Assembly: GCA_020137815.1 (NCBI GenBank) | Contig: CM035354.1 | Location: 3,162,001-3,226,000, forward strand | Direction of reading: 5' to 3' | Length of the DNA: 64,000 nt | Source: Hormiphora californensis | Lineage: Eukaryota; Animalia; Ctenophora | Shown: in pieces, positions 25,605-38,332 of the stretch | Position numbering within the stretch: position 1 is the first letter of the stretch | Layout: the number at the start of each line of letters is the position of its first letter | The notes under the pieces: model-generated | Told to the model about the DNA's origin: nothing | What the model saw: only the letters and a program-made list of their open reading frames with translations | Database searches by the model: none | Position numbers and translations under genes: made by a program

Positions 25605-25705
25605 TTTTCTATTTCTCAAATCTAAAAATCTTTTTTTACAAAAAACGACGGCGACAAACCGTATCAGAGAAATTCTTAAGTTTTCAGACTTCCTACTTAC
25701 CAAAT

Positions 25706-25910
25706 TGTAATCTTGTAACCTTGTAATCTTGTAATCTTGTAACCTTGTAATCTTGTAATCTTATAATCTTGTGATCTTTTAATCTTGTAATCTTGTAATC
25801 TTGTAATCTTTTAATCTTGTAATCTTGTAATCTTGTAATCTTTTAATCTTTTAATCTTTTAATCTTTTAATCTTGTAATCTTGTAATCTTTTAATCTTTT
25901 AATCTTGTAA
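25706..25910. repeat. 8-bp minisatellite (TAATCTT[G/T])n, about 25 units
   Basis: Directly visible; ends ~20 bp before the CYB5R ATG. Confidence 0.95.
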
Positions 25911-25928
25911 AAGTTAGGGTGGGCAAGG

Positions 25929-27282
25929 ATGGATTCATTGAGCGATAAGCATAAAATCCTGGCTATCAGTGGTACAGCAGCTCTTCTAGTCATGTATTAC
26001 TTTTGCTGTTTGAGAAAACGGCGACCTGTCGGACCTGTCACCCTTGATGGGACTACAAAGATTCCCCTCACACTGATTGACAAGAAGATTATCTCACATG
26101 ACACGAGGAGATTCAGATTTTCACTGCCATCGGATGATCACACTCTAGGATTACATGTAGGTAAGGATTATGTGGCTCTCACTGCATATTATTTCATGAA
26201 ATGACGATTGGCACGTGTACTGTCAAGGTAATGACAAAGGACTAAGAATATTGTTGAATTGTGGTAAGCACAGACACAGTATCAGGCGACTCAAGCACCA
26301 TTTTAGCTAAGATCACATTTCTTACCTGCTAGGTGGTTTTATCACTGTATCTACAACTATGGAGGGGAAACTGGTGGTAAAACCGTACACCCCAGTGACC
26401 AGTGAAGATGACAAGGGATACATGGATTTGATTATCAAGGTATATCCAGATGGGAAAATGTCATCTTACATTGACTCCCTTGCCATTGGAGACACCCTCG
26501 CTGTCCGGGGGCCCAGTGGGAAGATCAAGTATCACGGTAAAGGTGTGTTCGAGGTGGAGAAGGGTAGAGATCGAAAGGAAAAGCAAGTGTATAAGAAGAT
26601 AGGAATGATCGCCGGGGGATCGGGTATTACCCCGATGCTTCAGATAATTAATGATGTCATCAAACGGAAGGATGATACAACTGAGATGAGCCTTCTTTTT
26701 TCGAACAAGGTCAGTTGGAATCGTCTCGAAAATTTGCCTCATTTGGACCTTATACACTGTCAAGTGTCAGACCCTAAACAATAAGCAGGATACCTAAAGC
26801 TGATTAAAATTCAGAGTATGTATACCTACATCTCATCGCGTTAACATTTCTCTCCCCTCAGACTGTTCCTGATATGTTGTGTGCTGATATGCTTGATGAA
26901 CTTTGTGATTGTGACCAATTTGCTGTACACCACACCCTTTCAAGAGAAGATGAACCCGCAGGAGGTATGACGAGCTGTCATTGGAATGTTAAATCCTTCC
27001 TATTAAATCCAAATTTTCTTTATCTCAGTCCCCTAATTGGCCCCAAAATGGCAAAAATTCTTGGCCTAATCAGTAGCAATTAGTATTGCTCCCAAGATAC
27101 AGTGCCAATAACCCATCGTTACAGGTATGCTAAAAGGCCGTGTTGACCGATCTAAGATAGAGAACTGTCTGCCACCTCCTGGTAATGACACTGTTATCCT
27201 TCTGTGTGGCCCAGGTGGATTAGTCAAGGAAACCTGCATTCCCATCCTAGAGGATATGGGACACAATTATCTTGTATTTTAA
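25929..27282 (+). CDS. CYB5R: NADH-cytochrome b5 reductase, 4 exons
   Basis: N-terminal membrane anchor, [53 protein letters not shown]; stop 27280-27282. Confidence 0.95.
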
Positions 27283-27624
27283 TAAGCAATTAAAATACAG
27301 AGCAATTGCTCCAAAGTACTTGATATAATATAGATGAAACAATATATTCCGTTGTAGAGACAAATATTTTCAGTTTTAATGAAATTTATTTTAACTATGT
27401 AGTTTCTAATATTGTGTATGTACAATGTACATTGTGTATACTCGGGTTCCCATTTGCAGTATTTGTCTATTTCTACCCAATTAGGGCTAAGTTATTAATT
27501 GTTATTATGCATTACAGTATTTCTAGTTGCTAACGGTATGAGCTGGTTATCATTACTCTTGTCATCTTATCAACACAAATCCCTATATTCCATATTAGCT
27601 GTTCGATGGACTAGGTAAACTAAA

Positions 27625-30600
27625 ATGGACGGCAGACCATCATCAAGCCATGAGGTAAAACTTTTGTAGCACTGAAAAGGATTGAGAATAAAGTCGGATT
27701 TTTTGAAGTTATCACCCAAAACTCAAGAGCATGAGATATTTAACAACTTTTTAATTTGTAAATTGAGAGTAAAGTTGGATTTGTTGAGGTGACATACTTT
27801 ATTTCTTAATACTTAACTGCTCCCTGTCTCTTGAAACACTAAACAGCTACAATTACAACCCTAACCACACACAGATCACTAAGGTAAAGGTGGCCCTTTT
27901 ACTCGGTCACAGGGCCTCACATAAACCGGCCTGCAAGGAGAGCAGCAAGACCCATGATTGGAGTTTCTACGTTAGGGGTGAGGAGGGGTGTAGGTTAGAG
28001 CGATATGTGGAGCAGGTTATCTTTTATCTGCATACCACATTTGAGAACCCTGTACAAGGTATGAACACAATCATTGTAGCTCGTGTGTTTGTTATCATGT
28101 ACTTTTCCGTGTACAAATATATTTTCCTATATTACGAACTCGTGTTACACAGTGTAACAATAAACACGACATATATTAGGTTACGATTACCCCCTCTCCC
28201 AATAACTCTGATTTCCACTAACTTCTCTTTACCCTTTGACATATTGTGTTGTATTATGTTGTTCCTCTTGATAGTACAGAGTTCTACCTGTTTCAGTTGC
28301 TCACAAGCCACCCTTTGAGATCCACGAGAGTGGTTATGGGACTTTTGTAATGAAGTGCGAGGTGCGATTCAAAAACAAACGAGATCCAAAGAAAATTGTG
28401 TAAGTTGATATTAAACTCACTAGTATTCGAGTAATAATGTGTGAATAAGCAATGAGATGCGATTTAAAACATTTACAAAATTACATTGTGTAAAGTATTC
28501 AAATCGCATCCCATCTGTTCAACTCTATTAAACAGCTACATCTTCTTATTTCTAGTTATCCGTATGAGTTGACGTTGCCGGATCCAGGAAAGCCTGCCAT
28601 CAGTAGCGTTAGAAAGGAAATGCTGACTTTCACCAACCCTCACCCCGAGTTTTCCAACCGGCTGGTCCAGTAAGTTTTAGGGATTTTCAGGTTCTATTTA
28701 TACCAGTCTCTCGCTCTTGTATATAGTCGGGAGAGATAACCGAAGATTGAGTTGAACTATAAATACCCTGAGATACTTCGCCACACAGTGTCCACACACC
28801 CCCTATACAACTTACCTAGTTACTGAGCCACACGTCACATATAATGGTGTTGTAGACACTGACGTAACAACACTGTTGCTAGACAATCTTCCCTTCCCTA
28901 GGGGTGGAGGCAAGATAATCAGCGGAGGGACGGTGGTGGGGAAGACAGCGGACAAGAAACCAGCAGCCAGGATTGCAGCCCCTCCCCCATCCATCCCACC
29001 TGCCCCACCTGACGATGAGGAAGATGATGATGAGGAGGATATCCGGGCCCCTCGTCCTGCCTCACCCCCTCCACCACCCAGTAGACCACCTCCTCCCCCT
29101 TCTTCCTCTTCCTCCTCTCGCCATGAAGTGTAAGATAATTGTGTGTTTATTGTGTATGGGGTACTCGCCCCCCCCCTTGCACCAATACTCTCTACACTGT
29201 TGTATAGTCACATTGTCGTCCTGTCCGTATTCATCATCATTAAATCTACTGGGTTTCGGCCGCGAGATATCGGGTTTCTAGTCTCTCTAAAGGTCTCTAA
29301 AGGTAAAAATTATTATTAGTTACCAACTTAGCTTCTTACAAATGGTTACCCAGACGCCGCTATTTCATACTTGAACGAAACTAAGTTGGCCTACGATATC
29401 TTTGTTTGGTAACTTCGTAGATTTGGGGTAATGGGGCATTTAATGTGTATTTGGGTTTGTGGTAATGGGGCATAATGTGTAGTTATGAAATATGAGAGTT
29501 TGGGATATGAATGTGAGCATATATGATCTGTTAGTTGGTCTCGAGCTTCTTTGCTACTAAATGAACTTACCAATTTTGTCACACTGCGGTACATCACTTG
29601 ACCACGACCCATCATCCTGACAAGTCAGTGTTGCCATTCACGATATGAGTGGCTTCACATTTGATGGTGACAGTTGTCCCTGTTAGTGAAGCAGTCCAGC
29701 TTCCTTCTGTTGATCCCTCAACAGTAAAGGCAGGACACTCTGGTGCTAAATGTAAATAATAGTTGGTGTGAGTTGATAGTTATTTACAGGATATATGGAA
29801 AGCTTGGGCATTGGCAAACATCTGTATTAATTGAATTTAGAACCTTACCTGCTCTGTAGTATTCAGATGCTGAGTCCCAATTGTGAAACTTGATCTTCTC
29901 CACAACATCGCCACCCGACTTTGAAACACATTTGGTATTTGGACCATCTGCGAACAGGCTAATTCAGCACCTCCACATTATTGCATGTGATGATGAGGTC
30001 AGTCTCTGTTTTGGTGATCGTCCAGATCTTATCCACCTCCTCTGGGGGTTGCACTGGCAGGTAGGTGTAGCTGCTGCTGCAGTAGATCTAACCGATACTT
30101 GACTTGGGAGGATAGCCTCACATCGACACCTACCTATCCATTTACCGTCCTTGTCGAACGTCCACACCATGATCGGCTTCTTACTGCCCACTGTAGAGTT
30201 CGTCCTTATCTGGAGAGGTGTTCCCTCCAGGATCCCAGGGTATTCTCACATCCGCTCTATAACAGCTGTCCAGTCTGAAACGCAATAAATATACTAAAAC
30301 AGAGGCTATATACTTGCCAAGCTAGACTGCCTTTCCTCTCAGCCCAAACAAAGTATTATATAATGTTATTAACTGCAATCATCATAATTTAATCATCCTT
30401 ACCAGTTGATCCTCCTATCACTACTTCAGTAATTGTGCCAAGTATCAGGAGACGAAACATAGCTTTAAACATACTGAATACGAGTTTTATAGCAAGCTAA
30501 ATAGGGAAAAGAGCAAAAAGAACCGTTACACTGCATAGGGCTGCCTTTACTAAACGAGGGGGGAGAGAAATGCATTTATAGATTCATTTATAGAGGGGCC

Positions 30601-33600
30601 ATTGCCCATTATAGAGAGCTAGACGTGTCTAAGAGCTTAGCTTTGCTTAGTGGTCACGTGCGCCTTTAATATAAGTTTGGGGGAGACCGGAGAAGAAAAA
30701 GTAGAGGGGAAATAAAAGGACCGTTATCTATCGTATGGTTAATAGCCCGGCTGTCCTTAATAAACGACCATTATACTAGAAAGATCTAGTAGGGAGAGAC
30801 AGAGGATGAATGAACAATAATTACCTTCACAGATAATATGGTCAGGCGAGAGAGGGGTCTAGTCACGCTCTGTGCTCTCCATGTTACTAACACAGAGAGA
30901 GAGAGAGAACTATAATACTAGATTGAGGTCAGAGTTGCAGCCCGGCGATTATAGGAGGACACAGTATTTAGTATTTATAGTAACCACGGCCCACCTCCAG
31001 GTGAATGGAGTTCGTGCTCTCCCGTTAGCAGGGAGCATGTTATTAGAGAGAGAGCCGGGGCCGTGCAATTATTGAGAATGCAGTGATAATAGAGGGAGCA
31101 ATATGGAGCAATATAATCTAATACTAATGCAAATTCCCTTGCAGAATAGTAGGCTAAATAGGGGAAAGAACAAAAAGAAAACCATGGGTTTCAAAAGTTA
31201 GCTCTAGGTCTCCTGAGTAACCATCCGGAGCCGTTCTCGAGAATTCTCCCGTAATCATTAATGCCGGTGGAGCACATATGGACGTACGTGGGCGCATATA
31301 GACGTACTTGGGCGCTGGCAGGCTTTGCATTGTATGTCTCTCACTCTCTCTGGAAAAACCGCACGTGCAGAGGCGCCGCGCCGCGGATCATATTCAGGTT
31401 GTAGGCAATTGCACGTACGTCCATACTCAAATATGTGCTCAACCGGGATTAATGATTACAGGAGAACGGCTTAAAATATCTCTTAGAGTCTCCGGATGGT
31501 TACTCAGGAGATCTTTTGACTCCCATATGGTTTTACCCCAAGTCAAAAAATTTAATCCGTTTTTTGTTATGATCAACAACATTTCAAATGCTGATTACAC
31601 CATGATGAAAACAGTTTGTGAAAAAGTAACACCCATGATTAGAGGTCGTGTCGAGGCCCCAAACAGATGTAACAAAAACTGAAACAATTTGGAGGGGTCG
31701 ATGTAGTTATCGACTCTACTATAACTGCCAACTGGCATGGCGTCCAACCAGTTAGGTCATGACCCCCCCCCCCCCCCCCCGTTAAATCGGGAGCCGTTTA
31801 ATCGGGGTCCGACTGTATTATATTAGATACAGGTCAGAGGTGCAGCCTAACCAATACAGGAGGACAAAATATTTATAGTAACCACGGCCCACCTCCAGGT
31901 GAATAAAAGCAAGGGAGTTCGTGCTCTCCCGTTAATGGGGAGCATGTTATTAGAGAGAGAGAGAGAGAGAGCTGGGGGTTCAATTATTGAGAATGCAGTG
32001 ATAATAGAGGGAGCTATAGGGAGCAATATTCGGGGCCTGGCAAGGCCCCCCGACCCGAATATAACCCAAACTCAACCCATCCCCCCTAAAACATCCCCCC
32101 TAAAACTAAAACAACGGGGCCGAGCCGACAGGCCCTTAATACCAGATGAAAAAAAAACCATAAAACCATAAACCATAAAACCATAAACCATAGATATTTT
32201 TAGAGTGAAAGTTTTGAAGCCCCCTGAAGTAGTAGAGAGGTGTTCTATGGCTCGTTGGAAAGGTCTCGAGGTCCCGCGACGTATAGGGGGTGTGGCGATG
32301 GCCATACCCAAACCTATAAGGGGTAGGACGCGAAAAACAGTCAAAATAAGGGGTATGCTGAACTCGGCAATTAGAAGCAGTAGAAAGGTGTTCTAGGGTG
32401 CGTTCGAAAGCTCTCGAGATGCTGAAGTAATTGGAATGTAATTGGAAGTAATTACATGTAATTAAAATGTAATTAGATGTAATTAAAGGGTAATTACATG
32501 TAATTAAAAGGTCTAAATGACCCCAAATGACAATTTAGACATATTTTGACATATTTGGAGGCCCTGAGACCAGTGGGTGGCCAAATTTAATCAGGTTTCG
32601 GGTCGGCTGACGTAAAAACTCCGCGTTTTGGTCGAGTAATATATAATATATAACATAATAATAATATTAATATTCATATGCAGTGATTATAATAATAGGT
32701 TATTCTAGATGGTTTATATGTAGCGGGTCGCCCGCTAGGGTGATTCCCTACACCATATACTGCCCGACCTGCAAATTAAGGATTTATTGATTATAAGTTT
32801 TAGCGGCAAAAACATCCTTGCTTTTCCCAGAAATTCTCCTCGCTAAACCACATAACCCGGAAAACTCACTGCCGTTATCTCAACTTTTCTGTGGTTTACC
32901 AACTCGTTTTTCGGCTAGAGATAGCTGAGAGGGTTTTACAGAGACAGATTCACCCATCGTGACCTCCGTGACGTGTGTCGTGTTTACTTAATTTATAGTA
33001 AACCACGATCGAGATATCTGTCATTTCGGGTCACGGTGTATGTGACTTATGACAAGATATTATTCAGGATATTATTCAGGATATTATGATTGATGTGATA
33101 ATCCTGCATGGATACCGATACATACGTCTGCATACATACTGCTGGGGACTACAAGGATGACTAGTGTTACTAATCCCTACAGATTGAAATAACTCGCTCA
33201 ACTTCAGTGCATCTAGTAGCTAAGTTGAAAAATATCGTCTTCGAACATTTTGTCTGGTATTCAGTGGGTATTTTTCTGCTGATATCCGATTGCATCTACC
33301 CTAAACATTATGTACAGTCGGACCCCGATTTACCGGGCACCGATTTACCGGAACCCCGATTTACCGGGAGGATTTCTTTCCCCCGATTTTTTTTGGAAAA
33401 TTTTCCAAGTTTGGCCGGTCGGTAAACTTGCATTTGCAATTCGCTAGGTCTAATGGGGATCACGTATCGGTTCGTTTCGAACTGTCTAATTAGTGGCAGG
33501 ACACGTGATAAGATGCACCGATTCGAAACACGATTCGAACGTGGCTAGTATACCTTAGAAAAATTTCATTTTTTTTGCAAAATTTTACAGAATCATTGTC

Positions 33601-36600
33601 AATGCTTTGATCGATGCTCCCCGTAAATTTTCAGAGAAAAAGTTACTATTTTGAAATTTTGATACTTCCTCACCCCGCTTAGGGTGCCCAGATTCGACAT
33701 GGTATCACGTATCGGTCCGTTTCGAACCGTCTAATTAGCGGCAGGGCACGTGATAAGATGCACCGATTCGAAACACGATTCAAACGTGGCTGGTATACCT
33801 TAGAAAAAGTTTTTACAATTTTTTTTGAATTTTTTAAATTTTCTATTTCTAATGACAGAAGCAATGATCATATTGTCATCAATAAATGTATACTATACAG
33901 TTAGAGGTGTCTTGGTATAGAATTTTGGACAAAAGTAGGATTTATGGGTCAAATATGCTCTACCCCGATATACCGCGCACCCCGATTTACCGGGCAAAAT
34001 GGCTTCCCCCGAGGATCCCGGTAAATCGGGGTCCGACTGTAATATAAGTTGGCCTACGATATCTTAGTTTGGTAACTTCGTAGATTTGGGGTTATGGGGC
34101 ATAATGTGTATTTGGGTTTGGGGTAATGGGATATGATGTTGTAGTTATGGGAATTTGGGATATGAATGTGAGCATATGATATGATCTGTTAAGTGGTCTC
34201 GACTCTTCTTTGGTACTAAATGAACTTACCAATAAATTGCTCACAGGTTGGTACGTCACTTGACCAAGTTTCATCACTCTGACAGGTCAATGTTCCCTCT
34301 CCATTCAGGTCATACTTTTCCAGACATTCAACAGTAACTGTTACCCCAGGTGTAGTAGTGTCCCAATAGCCTATCATTGTTCCTTCAACAACAAAGCCAG
34401 GACATGACTTTGCATCTGGAAGAATAAGAGAGGATGCAACTTTTTTTCAGAAAATTTATTATTATCAGCCCAGACTAGGCAGTAGACATTAATTATTCCC
34501 TGGAATGGGATTTTACCTGCTTTGTAGAAGTCGGAGGCTGTATTCCATGATTTATCAAAATAAATGCTCTCGGTGGTATCTCCTCCCCAATCTGGAACAC
34601 ACTTGCTAAATTCACTGGTTGCAAATTCATAATTGAGTACCTCGACACTATTGCAAGTGATGATAAGGTCCGATTCAGTTTTATTGAAGGTCCAGATCTT
34701 ATCGACCTCATTAGGAGGCTGCACTGGAAGATCTTCGTAGACATTGCTAGAAGTGCAGTCTGCCATCCAAAACGTAATATTAGGAGATGAGAATTTTATT
34801 GCAATTCCTGCTACATAACCTGGTCTCCCCATATCGATACCGATTAGATCTTTGCTTCCGACCACAGAATCTGTCTTGATTTGGACAGGTATCTCCTCCC
34901 ACTTCCATGGGATGTTTTTATCAAACTGAAGCACCTTCCAATTGTCATCTAAAAACGGAAAAGTGGTTGTTTAATTTACCAGTAACCAGTTGCGTACACA
35001 CAAAAATGTGTGAGACCCATATATTATTACATGTGTGTCGCACGTATTTTTTATTACTACAGCACTATGTGTAACCAGCGGTAACCATTCCATTTCATCT
35101 AAAAGGATGATTTTGAAAACTTGAATATTTTAACAAACCTGAGCCTAGGGAAGATTTCCAGAAGCATGCCGCGATGACTAGTAGAACCACAAGGCGAAAC
35201 ATCTTGCTGGTTCCAAGCCTTTGACAGTACAGAGTACTACATTGAGCGCTAAGAATTGTTGGGTTAAGTCACTTAAGTCCGTTTCACTAAAGTCGGATTT
35301 TTTGAAGTTGTCTACCCCCCACCCTTTTACGTGCGGCGCCGTATTTGCACGTGACAACCGGGCCCCCACTTGCTCTCAGTTTACGGCAAAAAACCGCATA
35401 TCACCGGAAAGAGCCTAATAATTTGTGAATCCTTAAAGTTTTTTTGACGAAATTGGTCTTGAAGAAACAAGGGCGTGAGAGCCAAAACAAGTTTCCGATG
35501 CGCAAATAAAAATAGCGAGTTGTATTATGGTAGGCTTAGTAGGGAAAAGAACAAAAAGATCCATTACATGGCATAGAGCTGTCTTTGCAGGAGGGAGAGA
35601 AATACATGCATTTAATTAGAGGTAGAGATTCATTCATAAAGGTCACGCTCTGCTCTCGCGTTAACAGGAATCTGCTATTAGAGAGCCCGGGATGGTTGAG
35701 CTATCTTTAAACATTGTATAATCAGATGAAATCGTGTATAAAATTGTAAAAAAACATTAAATTTATAGGGGCAATATGATTTCATTCGCTAAATGGTGCC
35801 AATAGGTCCCCCTACCTCAAAACGGAATTAAATGTAATCGTAATGTATACTTTCAGAGTCCACAAAAAGAAAAAGAAAAAGAAGGATAAGCGAGGGGATG
35901 ATGAGAGAAAGGAGGAAGAAAGATCGCAGAGGAAGCACCGTCCTCCTCCCCCGTCTCCTCCCCCTTCTCCCCCACCCTCTCCCCCGCCTGCCCCTCGGCC
36001 ATCGAAACACAAACATGAAAAAAGTAAGGCATTGTTATCAACTTTCAACTTCGTTATGTCTCAGTATGTCTCATTAATGTCTCATTAATTTTCTTTAATT
36101 TAAAGTATGGTATTTTCAATTCACATGATTACTTCCACTTCGTGCAGCAAACACAAACAAAACCAAACTTCCTCCGCAGGTTCTACAGAGGAAAGGAAAC
36201 CGAAGATAAAAGAGGAAAAGAAACAGAATCTTTCACAGGTCCTCGCATCTATCGGCGATGTTGAGTCCTCAGACGAGGATTATTTTGCATCCTCCCCTCC
36301 CCCACAGTCCCTCCGCAGACCCTCCCCTCCACCCCCTCCTCCTCCTGCGAAATCACGAGACCCGGAGCCTCAGAGAGCGGAGAAAAAGTCAAAAGATAAG
36401 CACAAGAGTCAACCTAAATCGACTGCCAGTTCCTCGCAAAGCTTTCTAGAATTTGACACGATGACCGCTCTGAAACCCCAGAAAAAGATAAAGGAGGAAC
36501 GTCCACAGAAACCGCCTAAAGAGTCGCCTGTCAAAAAAAGGAGAGACATGAGAAATCCGAGCCACAGACAGTCAAGCGAGAGAGGGTAGAAAGAGAGGAT

Positions 36601-37833
36601 CAAGGTGTAAAACGGGAACGGAGCGAAAAATCTGAAACTCGAGTAAAAAAGGAAAAGGTTTCCGTTGAGGAGCACCGATCTCAGACATCCCGGGATCGTG
36701 AACAGGGCCCTGTTATAAAGAAGGAGAAATCAGAGCCGTCCAGGAGAAGAGATCAGCATGACAAAGAATCATCCCGTCCTGTCAAATCGAAAACCAGTTC
36801 AAGTTCGAACGAGGAGAGAAAAGGGGGGTCGTCATCATCATCGAAAGCTATGAATACGAGCAAGAACAAATCTGAAAACATGTTTCTTGAATTTGATAAC
36901 ATTTCCACGCTAAAGGCTAAGAAGAAAGAAGTAAAAAAGAAGGAAACTCCAGTACCTCCTCCTCCGCCGCCACCTGCCCCCATTGAGAACAGAAAAGAGG
37001 AAAAACGAGGATTAAAACGCTCCAGCTCAGAATCACTTAATAGCGATGACACGCCTCTAAGTGCAGTTCCCCCGCCGCCGCCCAAGCCAAAGATTAAAAA
37101 GGAGCCAAATAGGGAGGTTGAATTAGCTGCTTCACAAAAGTCGAAAAAGCCAAAGCACAAGCTTAAAGCTCCCGTGCCTTCCAGGTCACCAGAACAACAG
37201 TCAATGATGGCGGAGCAGCAAAAACCAAAGTCGCGAAGTCGGGACTCTTCTGCTACTCCCAGCTTCCACCGCACCCCTGAACAAATTGTGACGTCAACTT
37301 CGGTAGTTCCCAAGCGGACAACCCAGGATAAAATTGTGGGTAGTAAGGCTTCATCGAGTAAAGACTATAATAAATCATCACGATCTATTAAAAGTGAAAT
37401 TAAGACTGAACCTACCTCTTCTAGTGAGATGAAATATTCCAACTTTTATAAATCCCGGGATCTCTCTACCACCACTGAACAACCTCCTCCTCCTCCTGCT
37501 CCTTCACAAAATACTTTATCGCCAGCATCCTCCGGTTCAGACGATGACGTCATACCACCACGCTCTAATGACGTCACTCCTAACCCAACCTCATCCACCA
37601 CGGATGTCATGTCACTAGATAAGCTCCAGTACCTCCTGGATGTCTACAAGATGATCCAGGAGCTGCAGAGGAGCAACAATCGCCGGAAGTTGACAGACAT
37701 CACAAACATTCTATCGGGGGATGGTGAGAGTGGTATGTGTGTGGGGGACGAGAACGTTACATTTGATTTAAAGAACTGTAATATGGAGACTCTGAGTAAC
37801 ATACGGAATCTGCTCATGAGGGACGTCTTTTGA
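27625..37833 (+). CDS. MLLT3: ENL/AF9-type YEATS protein (MLLT1/MLLT3), with a 6.7-kb intron (29130-35856) and a homopolymer frameshift at ~36535
   Basis: YEATS domain LLGHRA..THDWSFYVRG..YVEQVIFYLHTTFENP, PPFEIHESGYGTF, RKEMLTFTNP; long K/E/S/P-rich linker; ANC1-homology C-terminus (..VTFDLKNC..TLSNIRNLL). ENL and AF9 are not distinguishable here. Confidence 0.88.
29557..30472 (-). pseudogene. Nested secreted protein copy 1 (signal peptide + ~140-aa beta-rich domain + sushi), several frameshifts
   Basis: MFKAMFRLLILGTITEVVIGGST|DWTAV..IPWDLEGTPLQIRTNSTVGSK..PVQPPEEVDKIWTITKTETDLIITCNNVEVLN..WDSASEYYRA|PECPAF..WSSDVPQC. It needs at least 3 frame changes, which may be assembly errors. Confidence 0.7.
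31181..31531. mobile_element. Foldback MITE, ~350 bp
   Basis: Nested inverted segments: accatggg/cccatatggt, tctcctgagtaaccatccggag/ctccggatggttactcaggaga, gtaatcattaat/attaatgattac, atggacgtacgtg/cacgtacgtccat. No TSD resolved. Confidence 0.75.
32026..32760. mobile_element. Probable non-autonomous element with terminal hairpin and internal micro-repeats
   Basis: Hairpin atattcggggcct..aggccccc..cccgaatat at 32026-32061; (aaaccata)n and (atgtaatta)n arrays. Boundaries and class are uncertain. Confidence 0.4.
33315..34039. mobile_element. Tc1/mariner (pogo/Tigger-type) MITE
   Basis: Perfect 23-bp TIR CAGTCGGACCCCGATTTACCGGG with TA on both sides; subterminal ccccgatttaccg repeats; internal ~105-bp direct repeat (33459-33562, 33703-33808). 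A related solo end lies at 31781-31817. Confidence 0.9.
34216..35202 (-). CDS. Nested secreted protein copy 2 (signal peptide + ~140-aa beta-rich domain + sushi), apparently intact, 3 exons
   Basis: MFRLVVLLVIAACFWKSSLGS|DDNWKVLQFDKNIPWKWEEIPVQIKTDSVVGS..LPVQPPNEVDKIWTFNKTESDLIITCNSVEVLNY..|AKSCPGF..LTCQSDETWSSDVPTCEQ. The 3' end may splice further. Confidence 0.8.
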
Positions 37834-38332
37834 GGCATTTGTACACACGTGTTTTGTAATGTGTGACACACATGTAGTATTACATTACGCATCAATTCTG
37901 GTTTTATACACCATGTCTTCAGAGTGCATATTTTACAGTGGGGTTTTCAGTTTTCAATCAAGCTTTGATTGTTCCAATTATAGGGGCATTATCGTTGTGA
38001 GTTCAACAATTTCTCGATATGATGAGCACGTGTTTGTTTCTTTACTGGTTGAATACATAACCAGATTGTTTGCAGTTTATTCAGGGCATATATTACATAT
38101 TGTATACAGCGCTAAAAGATGTGTTTGTATTTAAGGGGCACGACGTCAATTCGTCTCCCAATCTGAATTTATTTATTCTGTTTTTATTCCACAACCCAGT
38201 ATTATTTCTTAATGAGTCCAAATTCCCACCAAAAGAGATCTATTCCAACTCCAAAAACTAACTCTTATCAGAGTTGTAGGGACCTGCAATATATCGAAAA
38301 TGACATTATGATAATCAAGCTTTGAAACTGTC

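Noticed and set aside
25706-25910. CRISPR-like array (also 45396-45521)
   Set aside because: Simple tandem repeats without unique spacers, in a eukaryotic context with no cas genes.
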